64,000 nucleotides of DNA from Nitrosopumilus sp. (GTDB lineage: Archaea; Thermoproteota; Nitrososphaeria; Nitrososphaerales; Nitrosopumilaceae). The stretch spans positions 704,001 to 768,000 of the forward strand of contig OZ241981.1 of the NCBI GenBank assembly GCA_965204345.1, given 5' to 3'. Position 1 is the first letter of the stretch. Every line of letters begins with the position of its first letter. Below are positions 19,187 to 29,831 of the stretch, piece by piece. The position numbers and the translations under genes are program-made. Below the pieces are notes generated by a model. That model searched no databases. It was given only the letters and a program-made list of their open reading frames with translations, and had not been told where the DNA came from.

Positions 19187-19200
19187 TTTATGCCCATAAT
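19187..19200. repeat. 14-bp direct repeat at the right border of the RM cassette
   Basis: TTTATGCCCATAAT, identical at 17318-17331. Confidence 0.6.
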
Positions 19201-19397
19201 TTATTGGTATAAATTTATATTGTATCCAATTAAATATTGATACGAATCAAAGAACGAGAAAACAAATGATGAAAATAAGAGATGAGAGATCGATATACTA
19301 GTTTACGGAATCAAATGCTATAATTGGATTCAATAAAGATCAGATTAGTTAATTACACAATAAGACTTCAAAATCAATTATCTAGCATGAAAAAGAT

Positions 19398-22300
19398 TTA
19401 GAGAAGTTCCTTGTATTCATTATAGTTTAATTCTCCCAAATAATGAATTAGAGACTTTGTTTTATCTACTACGTCTTTCTTGTTACTTTTAATGAGAATA
19501 CCTAGGATTTTTTTAGAATTTCTACCTAATATGTAAGGAGCCTCTACATCTTTTGTATCCTGTTTTATCAACAACTCCAAACAGCTAACAGTCTGTAATG
19601 GATGAGATTTGGCATATGGTTCTAGATTATCAACTAGATCAAATGGGAGACTGAGAGAAGCATCAAACTTTTTCAGTGAATTGAGAACTAGTTTTATAGT
19701 TTCATCTTTTTCAAATGGAGTATATTCTAACCATCGACCAATGTCCTCATTAGCAGATAATTTACTTTCCTTCCATATCTTTCTCATCACTTCAGTATCA
19801 AAAGACTTGCTTGGATCTTCTTTTTGTTCTTGTAATATCCATCCAATGAACGAAGCACAATGAGATGATACTTTTTTATTATCATATCTTAGCAACTCAT
19901 TGAACAGTGTTTCACTTCCTTTTATACTACGGAAATATGCCAATGTCACATGTTGAATTAATCTTTCATCAAATTCCCACAATACTCCTTCTTGCTTTAG
20001 TTGAAGATCATTGAATGTTTGAATATGTTTGTAATAGTTGTCATAGACTACATCAAATAGATGCGGATATACACTATTCAAAAGATAAGCATCCCATGCA
20101 GCTATGTTTAGTTTTTCTTGTTTGTGTTTAAACAAATTTGAAAGATTTTTTATTGTCCATTTTTTATCAAAAAAGAACAAAGTAGGAAGTTGAAATCCCA
20201 ATACTGCATGTACAGATATTGAGTTAGAAATTTTATTGGCAAAATAATTTGATAATACCTTTTTTACTTCTGTAACAAATACTGGGTTTTTGTTCTTTTT
20301 TAGGTGTTCATGACACCATATAGCATATTCAATAATGGCATGAAATGTATTTCCAGTTAAAGTGTTTATAGATATTCCATAAGAGTCCCACTGTTCGTCA
20401 GGATATCTTTCATCCCAAGAGCTTTTGTCCTCAAATATTGCCAGCAATTCTAGCAATTCCCAGACAGTTTTTCTTAAATCAAAACCAATAGAATTTTCCT
20501 GAAGACCTAACTGCAAAACACCAGCTATGTAGTCTAATATCTCAAAATCTCTTGTTTTGGAATATTTGTTCTTCTTTGTTGATTCAATAATGGATTTGCA
20601 CAAAGATAACACGGGATTCCATTCAATTTTCTTGTCATTTTTCTTTATGACTTCCTCTAACCCACGAAACAGACTACGAGAAAACACAGGGTTTACAGTT
20701 TGTAAATCAAGAGATCGTCTAGAAAATTCCGCAGGATAACTTTCGACATATTCTTGGAATTTGGATGCAGTGCCATCATGATAACCAAAGGTTTTCTCGT
20801 CAGGAATATAGGATTTTATGAACAAAAATACTTGCTCTGTATCTAAACCATCTATTAAATCAGTTAACGGTTCACTTCTTTTTACTCGAGAGGATCTAAA
20901 ACGAAAGTCTGGGATGGATGGATGACCTACCTCTCTGACTAGTTCATCGAATTGATGTTTTCGTTTTTCTGTAAGATGTTCTGAAATGGGTTCTAACTTG
21001 GCTACCTTCCATCTTTTGAGACGCTTTTTTGCATAATCTTTCTGTTGGAATTTCTCATATTCTTTCCAAGCATCTAGTAATTCTTTTTTGGGTCCTTTTT
21101 CCACTAGCTCAAAGTATTTCTGTCTAGTATTCTTGGATACTTTTAGAAAATTCTCTTTTAATAAATGAAAATATTCGTGAATGAGATTCGAGTTGTCAAA
21201 GTCTTGAATAATGGCCTGCTCAATCTCTTTTTTGAAATGTTTGAAAAATTTTCTGTAGATGTGAAGTTCCAGTCTTCTAAAAATTGGATATGTCTTTTTA
21301 CCAAGTAGTGCAAGCTCTTTTTTAATCACAGGCATTGATCTGTGATCCTCACTAACAAGAAATTTTCCAAGGAGTCCTACTAACAATGACTTGAAATCGA
21401 GATCAAAGTTTTGTTCATGATCATCTATTGAGGATCTCCATGTAACAGATGTGTCATCTTTTGATTCCTTTTCATTTCGTCCAACATTGTCTAGATAGAT
21501 TATTTTGTTAAGTAACGTAATTAAAAGATCAATAACAGATAAAGGAAATTTCTCAAACAGGAATGGAATGTCACTTTTGAGTATTGTTTTATAGTCACGA
21601 TAATTCAAAACAGGTTTTACGTCTCGTTCTATTTTATGTTTATTTGGAATATATCTTCCTTGATATACAGGATTCCCTAACGTTACATCAAGTAAGATTC
21701 TGCACAATTCAAGTGATTCTTTTTCGTAACCATCATGCGCCAGCTTCATCATCAACTCGGCCATAGTTTGTCCAAGCAAAGTATAGTATGGAATATCAAT
21801 CCAGTTCTCTTTTACGATCTTAGGTACAAGCATCTTGCCATATTTTGTAGGCATGTTAATTGTAGCATTTGTAAGATCGTCCAAAATCCAAGGATTTCTT
21901 TTTGCTTTCTCTTTAGGAAAACTAATGTTTTGAATTATTTTTACTATTTGCTGTGGTTTCTTATTAGATATTCTTGCAAGATATTTTCCAGGTTTCCAAA
22001 CAGGAAATCCGATTCCATTTGAATCCATTATGATGTGTTCTGGATTCTCAAAGTGTTTTTCCCTTACTAGAAACGGTAGCCAATCACCAGACGCTCTTTG
22101 AAAGAAATAGTCGTATGATGAACGATTACGTGCAAGGAGAGGTCTTAGCTTTTTAAAATTATTTTTAGTGGGTTTTTCTTTATCTAGAATTGTATCTATA
22201 TCTTGTATGACTTCAAAATGTGGTTTTATAATGTGTCCTAAAAGAGATTCTAGATCTCCAAGTTTTTCCCTATATTGCATTTCTGTTGGATATAGACCAT

Positions 22301-22643
22301 GGTGAGAAACACGTACAAACCAATCATTATGAATCTTAAGTAGGTCATCATATAGATAATGCACAACCTCAGGTGTTCCACCTAGAGGATCCATGCTGTC
22401 CATTAGTCTCTTTTTGTGGTTGCCTTTCTGCTTTGGAACCTTAGAAAGAATACCAGATTCTTTAATTTCTTTAACTCTTGACAATAAAATAACCAATTCT
22501 CTAATGGAGTGAGCAGATTGCGCAATTTTTTCGGAATAATCTTGCTCTAGAACGGTAATTGCTCCCCAATAGGATTCAGCAATTTTTGAATCAATATTAT
22601 GCAGATCTTCTAAAAGTTTCTCTTGTTTTTGTGATATTGCCAC
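19398..22643 (-). CDS. Large putative defence protein: HEPN-like N-terminus plus long alpha-helical solenoid
   Basis: 1081 aa; SAHSIREL...VRVSHHG in the first ~140 aa; remainder helical and Trp-rich; no Walker A motif seen. Confidence 0.6.
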   Translation of the reverse strand: MAISQKQEKLLEDLHNIDSKIAESYWGAITVLEQDYSEKIAQSAHSIRELVILLSRVKEIKESGILSKVPKQKGNHKKRLMDSMDPLGGTPEVVHYLYDDLLKIHNDWFVRVSHHGLYPTEMQYREKLGDLESLLGHIIKPHFEVIQDIDTILDKEKPTKNNFKKLRPLLARNRSSYDYFFQRASGDWLPFLVREKHFENPEHIIMDSNGIGFPVWKPGKYLARISNKKPQQIVKIIQNISFPKEKAKRNPWILDDLTNATINMPTKYGKMLVPKIVKENWIDIPYYTLLGQTMAELMMKLAHDGYEKESLELCRILLDVTLGNPVYQGRYIPNKHKIERDVKPVLNYRDYKTILKSDIPFLFEKFPLSVIDLLITLLNKIIYLDNVGRNEKESKDDTSVTWRSSIDDHEQNFDLDFKSLLVGLLGKFLVSEDHRSMPVIKKELALLGKKTYPIFRRLELHIYRKFFKHFKKEIEQAIIQDFDNSNLIHEYFHLLKENFLKVSKNTRQKYFELVEKGPKKELLDAWKEYEKFQQKDYAKKRLKRWKVAKLEPISEHLTEKRKHQFDELVREVGHPSIPDFRFRSSRVKRSEPLTDLIDGLDTEQVFLFIKSYIPDEKTFGYHDGTASKFQEYVESYPAEFSRRSLDLQTVNPVFSRSLFRGLEEVIKKNDKKIEWNPVLSLCKSIIESTKKNKYSKTRDFEILDYIAGVLQLGLQENSIGFDLRKTVWELLELLAIFEDKSSWDERYPDEQWDSYGISINTLTGNTFHAIIEYAIWCHEHLKKNKNPVFVTEVKKVLSNYFANKISNSISVHAVLGFQLPTLFFFDKKWTIKNLSNLFKHKQEKLNIAAWDAYLLNSVYPHLFDVVYDNYYKHIQTFNDLQLKQEGVLWEFDERLIQHVTLAYFRSIKGSETLFNELLRYDNKKVSSHCASFIGWILQEQKEDPSKSFDTEVMRKIWKESKLSANEDIGRWLEYTPFEKDETIKLVLNSLKKFDASLSLPFDLVDNLEPYAKSHPLQTVSCLELLIKQDTKDVEAPYILGRNSKKILGILIKSNKKDVVDKTKSLIHYLGELNYNEYKELL

Positions 22644-22942
22644 ATTGTATGATTATCTAAGATACATTTAATGATAAAGATCAAAATTTGCCAGTCCTGT
22701 TTTGACACATTTCTAATAATTTCACGATTATGAAATTTAGAGTCAGTTACTCTACCATTTTTTCTTATAAAAGACATATAGAATAGATACAATCGTTTGA
22801 TACCAAAATTTCGTCACAAAGGTGAGAAATTTTAAAATATTTTTCAAAATTATTGCTATCCAATAATAACAACAACATACACAATCAAACTAAAGAAAAT
22901 TGTATTTAGATCAGATAAATCCGTGCAATTTATTCAGAACTA

Positions 22943-23629
22943 CTATGTCTGAATTTCAGATTTTCGCTGAATCTCAAACTTTCTCTTAAACAAAAACCCA
23001 ACTACAATGGTTCCAACATAGGGGGCAGTCCAATAAAGCCACAGATGCTCAAGGGTCCCAGACAGCAATGCGGGGGCCAGTGCCCGAGCAGGATTCATGG
23101 ATGCATCAGAGATAAAGGCCAAAAACAGGATATCGAGCCCCACAATTCCGCCAATGGCCACGCCGCTAAACCCCTTCAAACCTTTAGTATACACAACATA
23201 AAAAATCACGCCCATCAGCATTGCAGAAGCTAGGACTTCAACTGGAAAAATCACAAGTATCGAAAAGTCAGGATTTGGGGCATTTGCCCCAAGATTTGCA
23301 TCATCTCCAACAAACATCAAAACAAAAAGAGAGCCCAAAAATGCACCAGTTATCTCTGCTGCAAAATAGTAGACAGCCTGAATCTTTGATATGTGACCCG
23401 TAATGTAGTATCCAACAGTTACTGCAGGATTAAAATGGGCAAGGGATATCCTGCCAAAGGAATACACGCCAATTAATAATGCCAAGAATGGAGCCAAAGC
23501 CGCAAAAGGAATTCCAAGCGTGCCATCAAAGACTTTTGCATCATACACTATGAAACCAGTCGCAAAGGCTACAAGAATAAAAGTACCAGCTAGTTCAACT
23601 GTAAAGATTTGCAGGTTTGACCAAGCCAT
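22943..23629 (-). CDS. MIP/aquaporin family channel
   Basis: Two NPA motifs (HFNPAVT, SMNPARAL) and six TM segments; coupled to arsC. Confidence 0.92.
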   Translation of the reverse strand: MAWSNLQIFTVELAGTFILVAFATGFIVYDAKVFDGTLGIPFAALAPFLALLIGVYSFGRISLAHFNPAVTVGYYITGHISKIQAVYYFAAEITGAFLGSLFVLMFVGDDANLGANAPNPDFSILVIFPVEVLASAMLMGVIFYVVYTKGLKGFSGVAIGGIVGLDILFLAFISDASMNPARALAPALLSGTLEHLWLYWTAPYVGTIVVGFLFKRKFEIQRKSEIQT

Positions 23630-24027
23630 TATTTGCTCTCTAAATTTTTTATCAGGTTCATCACCTCATCTTTTATTTGATCACGAATATCCCTGATTTG
23701 ATCAAGTTCTTCTTGTACTTTGGGATCAGTAATATTCCAATCAATTACGTCACTTGCAAACAATGCAGGACAGGATTTGCTATCCATACACCCCATGTTT
23801 ATCGTAATAGACTGGGATATCATCTCATCAGTAAGTTCTTTTGGCTTTTGACGTGTAATGTCAATTCCAATTTCATGCATCACCTTTACTACTTTTGGAT
23901 CAAGTTCGGATTGTGGCCGGGTGCCTGCACTTGTGACATCCAATCCGGGGGCATATTTTCGCAAAAATCCCTCAGCCATTTGGCTTCGCCTGGCATTCTC
24001 AACACAGACAAAAAGAATCTTTTTCAT
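23629..24027 (-). CDS. arsC: Arsenate reductase (LMW-PTP family)
   Basis: CVENARRSQMAE (CX5R), SAGT, MGC....CP, DW.I.DP. Confidence 0.88.
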   Translation of the reverse strand: MKKILFVCVENARRSQMAEGFLRKYAPGLDVTSAGTRPQSELDPKVVKVMHEIGIDITRQKPKELTDEMISQSITINMGCMDSKSCPALFASDVIDWNITDPKVQEELDQIRDIRDQIKDEVMNLIKNLESK

Positions 24028-24043
24028 ATCTCAAAAAAAAAAA

Positions 24044-24415
24044 TCATGTTATGTTACTGCCTTTACTAAGACTGGAAATTCTTCTGCCATTAACTTTTGC
24101 ATCATTTAAACATGCTCTATCTTCTGATACCTCGATTTTCTCAAATTCTGCTTGTATAATGTGTGATACATAACCCACTTTTGCAAGTATCTCGTTTGGA
24201 CTGACACGATTAATTGGAACATCACGCCTGATATCCAAAATTGCCTCTTGTGGGATTAATTGAAAATTATTTTGATTATGACACATCAGTTCTGTTGCAT
24301 CAATTAAAAGGCCTTCACTGTGAGGTTCTTCAGGCATATAATAGCAATCAGCATTTTCAGCTGCCACCATCTCAGAATACTCTTTTTTAATATCGCCTTT
24401 AACTGAATCTTTCAC
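24044..24415 (-). pseudogene. arsM: Arsenite methyltransferase remnant (internal deletion)
   Basis: N-terminus (IKKEY...DCYYMP...LIPQEAIL) and C-terminus (F.KIEV.E...KVNGRRISSL) resemble thaumarchaeal ArsM; no SAM-binding core; lies in the ars operon. Confidence 0.55.
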
Positions 24416-24450
24416 GTTATGGTTTACTAGGTAAACTATTAAAGTTCTAA

Positions 24451-24855
24451 GTGCAAGACATTACAGCTAGTGCAATTATGGAAACCAATAAAAAAAGACT
24501 GCCTGTCATTAAAAACAGATGTGAGTTTACAGGATACGATGCAACAAAACTTTTGAGGGAGACCTCAAAGATTAGAAAGCTAATTACAAAAAGGGCAACA
24601 CTAGAGATTTTGTTTCCACTGTGCTGCACTGTCAAACCCGTAAGACACAAGCAGTTCAAAGAGTCACTCAAGGGAATAAGCAGCAAAACGTTATCTACCA
24701 GGCTATCAGAGCTTGTCTCAGAAGGAATACTGGAACGGCAGACATTTGCAGAGGTGCCCCCACGTGTGGAATACAGATTAACTAGCAAGGGCCAGGAACT
24801 AGTCGAGTCAATCTCCAACCTGCTTGATTGGATGCAAAAATGGTCCAAAAAATAA
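24451..24855 (+). CDS. HxlR-family wHTH regulator
   Basis: ISSKTLSTRLSEL...EVPPRVEYRLT.KG; divergent from the ars genes. Confidence 0.9.
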   Translation: MQDITASAIMETNKKRLPVIKNRCEFTGYDATKLLRETSKIRKLITKRATLEILFPLCCTVKPVRHKQFKESLKGISSKTLSTRLSELVSEGILERQTFAEVPPRVEYRLTSKGQELVESISNLLDWMQKWSKK

Positions 24856-24873
24856 CTATTACTAATCAGGCGC

Positions 24874-25179
24874 TCACTCAAATTTCTCAGTACGCACTAC
24901 GCCAACATCACTGACATACAGAACTATTGCAAAGTTTGCAAACAATGTTCTTGAGATCTCCTCCACAATGTCTTGCAGTTTCTCCTCACGCATGATCACC
25001 TCGACTTTGACGTTTTTTTCAGTCTCCAGTCCCTGTCCGCGAATACCGCGTGCGCCATTTCCGTCAACCTGATATGTTGTATATCCGGTAATCTTGTGCT
25101 TTTTGAGAATCTCAATGATATTGTCTTGTGCCAAGATTTCACAGGTTATCGTAAGCAGCTTGACGTTGTACAGCTTCAC
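24874..25179 (-). CDS. sbtB: P-II family protein SbtB
   Basis: KLLTITCE, ITGYT, G.GARG, NVKVEV, VR.EKF; coupled to sbtA. Confidence 0.8.
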   Translation of the reverse strand: MKLYNVKLLTITCEILAQDNIIEILKKHKITGYTTYQVDGNGARGIRGQGLETEKNVKVEVIMREEKLQDIVEEISRTLFANFAIVLYVSDVGVVRTEKFE

Positions 25180-26267
25180 AGAAATCCTCCCGTAACATAG
25201 TTGATAAAGTCTACCGTTTCCACGCCTCCTCCTCCTGCATGAACAAGTGTAGATATTGTAAACAGAATTGGCAGCGTAACAATAATGTTAAACGGAAAGG
25301 TTATTCCCAAGGCAGACGTGATGTACAGGCTGGGCTTTGCCTGAGGGATTGCATGGCGCAGTACGGCAGGAGCTGCAATAAATGAGGCACTAGCCATCAG
25401 CAGCCCAAACATTACTGCGCCCCCAACGCTTAGTCCCAGTGCAGTTGCAACTAGTACACCTACGGTACCATTAAACAGTGGCACAAGTATTGCAAATGCA
25501 GTAAGAAAGACACCAACCTTTTTGATGTCATCTAGTCTCTGGCCTGCAATTATGCCCATCTCAATCATGAAAATTACGATTGCCCCGGTAAACATATCAT
25601 CAAATACTATCCTGATTGACTCAAAGCCCTCCTTGCCAATTATGTAGCCTATTACGATGCTGCCAAGAAGAATTACGATTGCCTTTCCGGTGATGGACTC
25701 GCGCAGGACCTTGGATAAGTTAGTCTTTGTCTGTCCCAAACTGACATCAATATCAGAACCTGAATCTGCAAAAGACTGCTTTTTTGTCTTGATCTGCTTT
25801 GATACTGCCATGTTTGTCATAAATATTGCCAGGATAAATGCAAGGGGCTCTAGTACTGCAAGGATTGCAGCAATGTATCCTTCTGATGTCACCCCCTGGT
25901 TTTTCAAAAATGACAGGCCCACAGAAAAGTGGACGGCACCTACTGCGCCATAAGTTGATGCAAGGGCATAAGAGTCAAAGAGATTAAACTTGCCAAGTCT
26001 TTTGAGAATTTGATAGTGGTTTAGCGTAAATAACAATGAGAGGCCTATTGCAGCTAGCATTGGAATCAGCATGTTTTCAAATCCGGTGTTTCTCATCTCT
26101 ACTCCTCCATGAAGCCCTATTGCGGCAAGAAGATAGATTGGCAGAAATTCCGAGATTGCCTCTGGTATCCTCAGGTCAGACTTTATCCGGGCAGCAATAA
26201 TTCCAAAGAGAAAGAACAGGATTATCGGAGTAAGCAGGTTTGCCTGAATTAGCTGTAATATGTCCAT
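25176..26267 (-). CDS. sbtA: Sodium-dependent bicarbonate transporter SbtA
   Basis: KSDLRIP, IGLHGG, SASFIAAPA, LGITFPFNI motifs. Confidence 0.9.
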   Translation of the reverse strand: MDILQLIQANLLTPIILFFLFGIIAARIKSDLRIPEAISEFLPIYLLAAIGLHGGVEMRNTGFENMLIPMLAAIGLSLLFTLNHYQILKRLGKFNLFDSYALASTYGAVGAVHFSVGLSFLKNQGVTSEGYIAAILAVLEPLAFILAIFMTNMAVSKQIKTKKQSFADSGSDIDVSLGQTKTNLSKVLRESITGKAIVILLGSIVIGYIIGKEGFESIRIVFDDMFTGAIVIFMIEMGIIAGQRLDDIKKVGVFLTAFAILVPLFNGTVGVLVATALGLSVGGAVMFGLLMASASFIAAPAVLRHAIPQAKPSLYITSALGITFPFNIIVTLPILFTISTLVHAGGGGVETVDFINYVTGGFL

Positions 26268-26303
26268 CTAATGTATATCAAAAAATTTCAGCTAGAATAA
26301 AAA

Positions 26304-26972
26304 TCAAGGCATCCCCAACTGCTTTGTATGTGAGGCTATTCGGGCATCGCTGGGCCTGTGCTTTCCGGTTACGATATAATTAATTGCATCACTCATAAAG
26401 ACGGCATGATCACCTATTCGCTCCAGGTACCTCAAAAGCAGGGCCTCAGCCAATGCACACTTTGTGTTCTTTGACTCTATTAGTTTTGGAAGCCTCTCCT
26501 TGTAGATTCTGTCAATGACCTTTTCATCCTCACGAATCTTGATTGCCTTTCTTACGTCAAGCTCGGCAAATGACATGACTGCCTCTTTTATCATGTGCTT
26601 GACCTTTTTGGTTGACTCTACAAGGGATGCGTTGGTGCACTCTGAGACATCGCCAAACAGGTCGCGGACCTGTGTAATATCGTATGCATACCTCCCAAAT
26701 CTGGAGAACGCATACGATATTTCAGTAGAGGAGCGGATAAACCTAAAGTCATCTGCGACTGGCTGATACTTTAAGAGCATGTCAAATGTCAGGTCTTCGA
26801 CCTCGTAATACTTTGTACGAATAGAGTCAGAGAGTGCAAGGACCTTATCCATGGTATTTGTGCCATCAAGATACGAGTGAATTGCAAGGGATATTGACTC
26901 GATAACCATATCGCCCATCTCTGCCATGATAAATGAGAGCTTTTGCAGTGATGGGTCTATCAGGCGGGCCAT
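26304..26972 (-). CDS. phoU: Phosphate transport regulator PhoU
   Basis: QPVADDFR, LERIGDHA. Confidence 0.92.
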   Translation of the reverse strand: MARLIDPSLQKLSFIMAEMGDMVIESISLAIHSYLDGTNTMDKVLALSDSIRTKYYEVEDLTFDMLLKYQPVADDFRFIRSSTEISYAFSRFGRYAYDITQVRDLFGDVSECTNASLVESTKKVKHMIKEAVMSFAELDVRKAIKIREDEKVIDRIYKERLPKLIESKNTKCALAEALLLRYLERIGDHAVFMSDAINYIVTGKHRPSDARIASHTKQLGMP

Positions 26973-27811
26973 TAGCCAAACTGTCCCTGAACGTACTTTG
27001 CAGTCAGATCGTTTTTGGGATCAGTAAACAGCTTCTTGGTCTCTCGAAACTCAATCAAATCTCCAAGGTACATAAAGCCAGTATAGTCTGATACCCTGAC
27101 TGCCTGCTGCATGTTGTGTGTTACAATAATTATGGTGTATTCCTTTTTTAGCTCAGTTATAGTCTCCTCTATCTTCTGAGTCGCAATGGGGTCAAGTGCA
27201 GATGCAGGCTCGTCCATCAGCAGGACCTCAGGCTGGATGGCAAGTGCACGTGCAATGCAGAGGCGCTGCTGCTGGCCTCCTGACAGCTCAATGGCGGATT
27301 TTTTCAGGTCGTGCTTTACCTCGTCCCACAGATATGCCATCCTCAGCGAATCCTCAACGATCTCATTTAGGATTTTTTTGTCTCGGACTCCGTTAAGCTT
27401 TAGGCCAGCTGTTACATTGTCATAGATTGACATTGTCGGAAAGGGGTTTGGCTTTTGAAAGACCATGCCGACTTTTCTTCTGTGATATATTGGATCAATG
27501 GACTTGTCATAAAGATCAATGTTGTCAATCATAACCTTGCCATCAACGCGGGCATTCTTTGTCATGTCATGCATGCGGTTAAGGCACCGAAGAAAGGTGG
27601 TCTTGCCACATCCGGACGGGCCAATCAGTGCAGTGACTGACTTTTCCTTGAACTTCATCGTAATGTCTTTCACAGCTTTTATGCCATCATAGCTGATTGT
27701 GACATTTTCTGCAATCATCTTGTATTTTATAGAGTCAGCCGCAGGTGATGGGGGAGGATCAAGTGGGATATGGGATTCCATGTCACTGGTTTTAACACTC
27801 AACGCTGTCAA
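26972..27811 (-). CDS. pstB: Phosphate ABC transporter ATPase
   Basis: [39 protein letters not shown]. Confidence 0.97.
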   Translation of the reverse strand: MTALSVKTSDMESHIPLDPPPSPAADSIKYKMIAENVTISYDGIKAVKDITMKFKEKSVTALIGPSGCGKTTFLRCLNRMHDMTKNARVDGKVMIDNIDLYDKSIDPIYHRRKVGMVFQKPNPFPTMSIYDNVTAGLKLNGVRDKKILNEIVEDSLRMAYLWDEVKHDLKKSAIELSGGQQQRLCIARALAIQPEVLLMDEPASALDPIATQKIEETITELKKEYTIIIVTHNMQQAVRVSDYTGFMYLGDLIEFRETKKLFTDPKNDLTAKYVQGQFG

Positions 27812-28740
27812 TTTTTAGCATGCATCCCTTTTTTAACTAATTGTCCCAATAGCCCGTTTTTGCGGTTTCTGCCTGCAAAAAAGTAGCGAACGCCAAGGTT
27901 GATTGCCAGAATAATTATTATTAGCACTAGTGCTGAGCCCCATCCCTGCAGCTGGGCACTGTCATAAGGCAAAAGGGACAGCCGCCATATTCTTAGTGGC
28001 AGGGCATCCATTGGGACATCCATGCCGCTAAAGAACTGGCTGCTGCCAAGTATGGTCATAATTAACGGGGCAGTCTCTCCGCCTATCCTAGAGACAGAGA
28101 GCAGGATTCCAGTTATCATCCCGTTTTTGGCAGCAGAGACTATAATTCTAAAGGTAATTACCCATTTTTTTAGGCCCAAAGCGGTTCCTGCCTCACGGTA
28201 TGTGGTGGGCACCATCTTTAGGGACTCTTCGGTGGTCCTAGCTACAATTGGAAACATAATCAGGGACAGTGCAAATGCTCCTGCCCATACAGAGAAATGC
28301 CCAAGAATCAAAACAATAACCAGGAATGCAAAGATTCCAATGACAATGGATGGAAACTCCATAAAGACATCATTGAAGAACCTTATGGTTCTTGCAAGTC
28401 TGTTATCGCCATACTCTGAAAGATAAATGCCTGACATTACCCCGATTGGAACGCCAATCAGGCTTGAGAGACCGATTATTATCAGGGTACCCTGAATGGC
28501 AGGCCCGATTCCTCCTTCACCCGAGCCGATGGCACCAGGGGTCTCTGTCAAAAATTCGTAGCTTATTGCAGCGGCACCATTTTTGAAGACCTCTACTAGT
28601 ATTCCGCCAAGCGGAATAATTGCAATTATCACACAGGAAAAAACAATGATTCTAACAATCTTGTCCACCAAGAGTCGCTTCTCTACATTGTGCTTGAAGA
28701 GGTTGCGATATTCCTGTCTGCGCTGTATGGTAGTGGTCAA
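27808..28740 (-). CDS. pstA: Phosphate ABC transporter permease
   Basis: [18 protein letters not shown]. Confidence 0.95.
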   Translation of the reverse strand: MTTTIQRRQEYRNLFKHNVEKRLLVDKIVRIIVFSCVIIAIIPLGGILVEVFKNGAAAISYEFLTETPGAIGSGEGGIGPAIQGTLIIIGLSSLIGVPIGVMSGIYLSEYGDNRLARTIRFFNDVFMEFPSIVIGIFAFLVIVLILGHFSVWAGAFALSLIMFPIVARTTEESLKMVPTTYREAGTALGLKKWVITFRIIVSAAKNGMITGILLSVSRIGGETAPLIMTILGSSQFFSGMDVPMDALPLRIWRLSLLPYDSAQLQGWGSALVLIIIILAINLGVRYFFAGRNRKNGLLGQLVKKGMHAKN

Positions 28741-29714
28741 TTATTAATTGCCCCCTCTTTGACCTTGAGCATCCTGGTAACCAAAAGATGGGCAACCACG
28801 TTTATTGCCATTGCAATGAGCAGCAAAACCAGCGCAGTGGCAATTAGCGCAGGAAGGTGCAGTGATGCAGGGGAGGCCTCTACAAACTCATTTGCAATTA
28901 TGCTTGGCATCGTCTGGCTGGGCTCAAAGAAGGAGTTTGGAATGGCTGCAATGCCGGTTGCATTTCCAATCAGCATGGTTACTGCCATGGTCTCCCCAAC
29001 TGCCCTGCCCAGCCCAAGGATGGATGCGCCAATCAGTCCGGTCTTTGAATAAGGAAACACTGCAAGCTTGAACATCTCCCACTTTGTTGCACCCAGCATG
29101 TATGCTGCCTCCTTTTGCTGCTGGGGCACTGCCTTCATCACTTCACGGGATACGGCAGAGACGGTGGGAATAATCATGATGGCAAGAATCACGCTTGCAG
29201 TAAGAATATCAAGTCCAAAGGGGGTTGCAGAGAACAGCCAGATTGATTCCCCAAACAGGTCATGCAGTGGCTGCTCTACCCAGTCCTTAAAATAAATTCT
29301 AAAGACAAACAGGCCCCACAGGCCATAAATTACACTTGGAACAGCAGCCAAAAGCTCGACTATAAATCCCAGCGGGCCGCCAATCTTTGCAGGGGCATCT
29401 GAGATAAACATTGCAATTCCAATGCTTAGTGGAACGCCAATTAGCATTGCAAGCGATGCAGTAACTAGCGTACCCAGAATGTATGGCAGGACGCCAAAGG
29501 ATTCCCTGCCCTCAACTGCATTCCAGTCAGTCTTTGTAATAAAGGACAATCCGTCTTCCTCCCAGATGGGATAGGACTCAACTACCAGCTGAAAGACCAG
29601 CAAGACAATCATCACCAGGACATAGACGCCTGCAACTGTGGCACCGACCTTGAACATTTTATCAGAGACGGATCTTCTCTTGGGCTTTTTAGACTTTAGA
29701 TTGACTTTGCCCAT
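28737..29714 (-). CDS. pstC: Phosphate ABC transporter permease
   Basis: ELLAAVPSVIYGLWG, LGRAVGETMAV. Confidence 0.95.
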   Translation of the reverse strand: MGKVNLKSKKPKRRSVSDKMFKVGATVAGVYVLVMIVLLVFQLVVESYPIWEEDGLSFITKTDWNAVEGRESFGVLPYILGTLVTASLAMLIGVPLSIGIAMFISDAPAKIGGPLGFIVELLAAVPSVIYGLWGLFVFRIYFKDWVEQPLHDLFGESIWLFSATPFGLDILTASVILAIMIIPTVSAVSREVMKAVPQQQKEAAYMLGATKWEMFKLAVFPYSKTGLIGASILGLGRAVGETMAVTMLIGNATGIAAIPNSFFEPSQTMPSIIANEFVEASPASLHLPALIATALVLLLIAMAINVVAHLLVTRMLKVKEGAINN

Positions 29715-29831
29715 ACAGTTAGGCTCAAAAATAGGAATATCTAAGGGATCATTATATTATATGTGAAAAATATAGTTCAATATAGATTTGGAAATACTCA
29801 CATAGTTAATAAAAATAAAGAGGGATTTGGA

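Noticed and set aside
19187-19215. Resemblance of TGCCCATAA to the XerC arm of bacterial dif
   Set aside because: No matching second arm after a 6-bp spacer; kept only as a direct repeat
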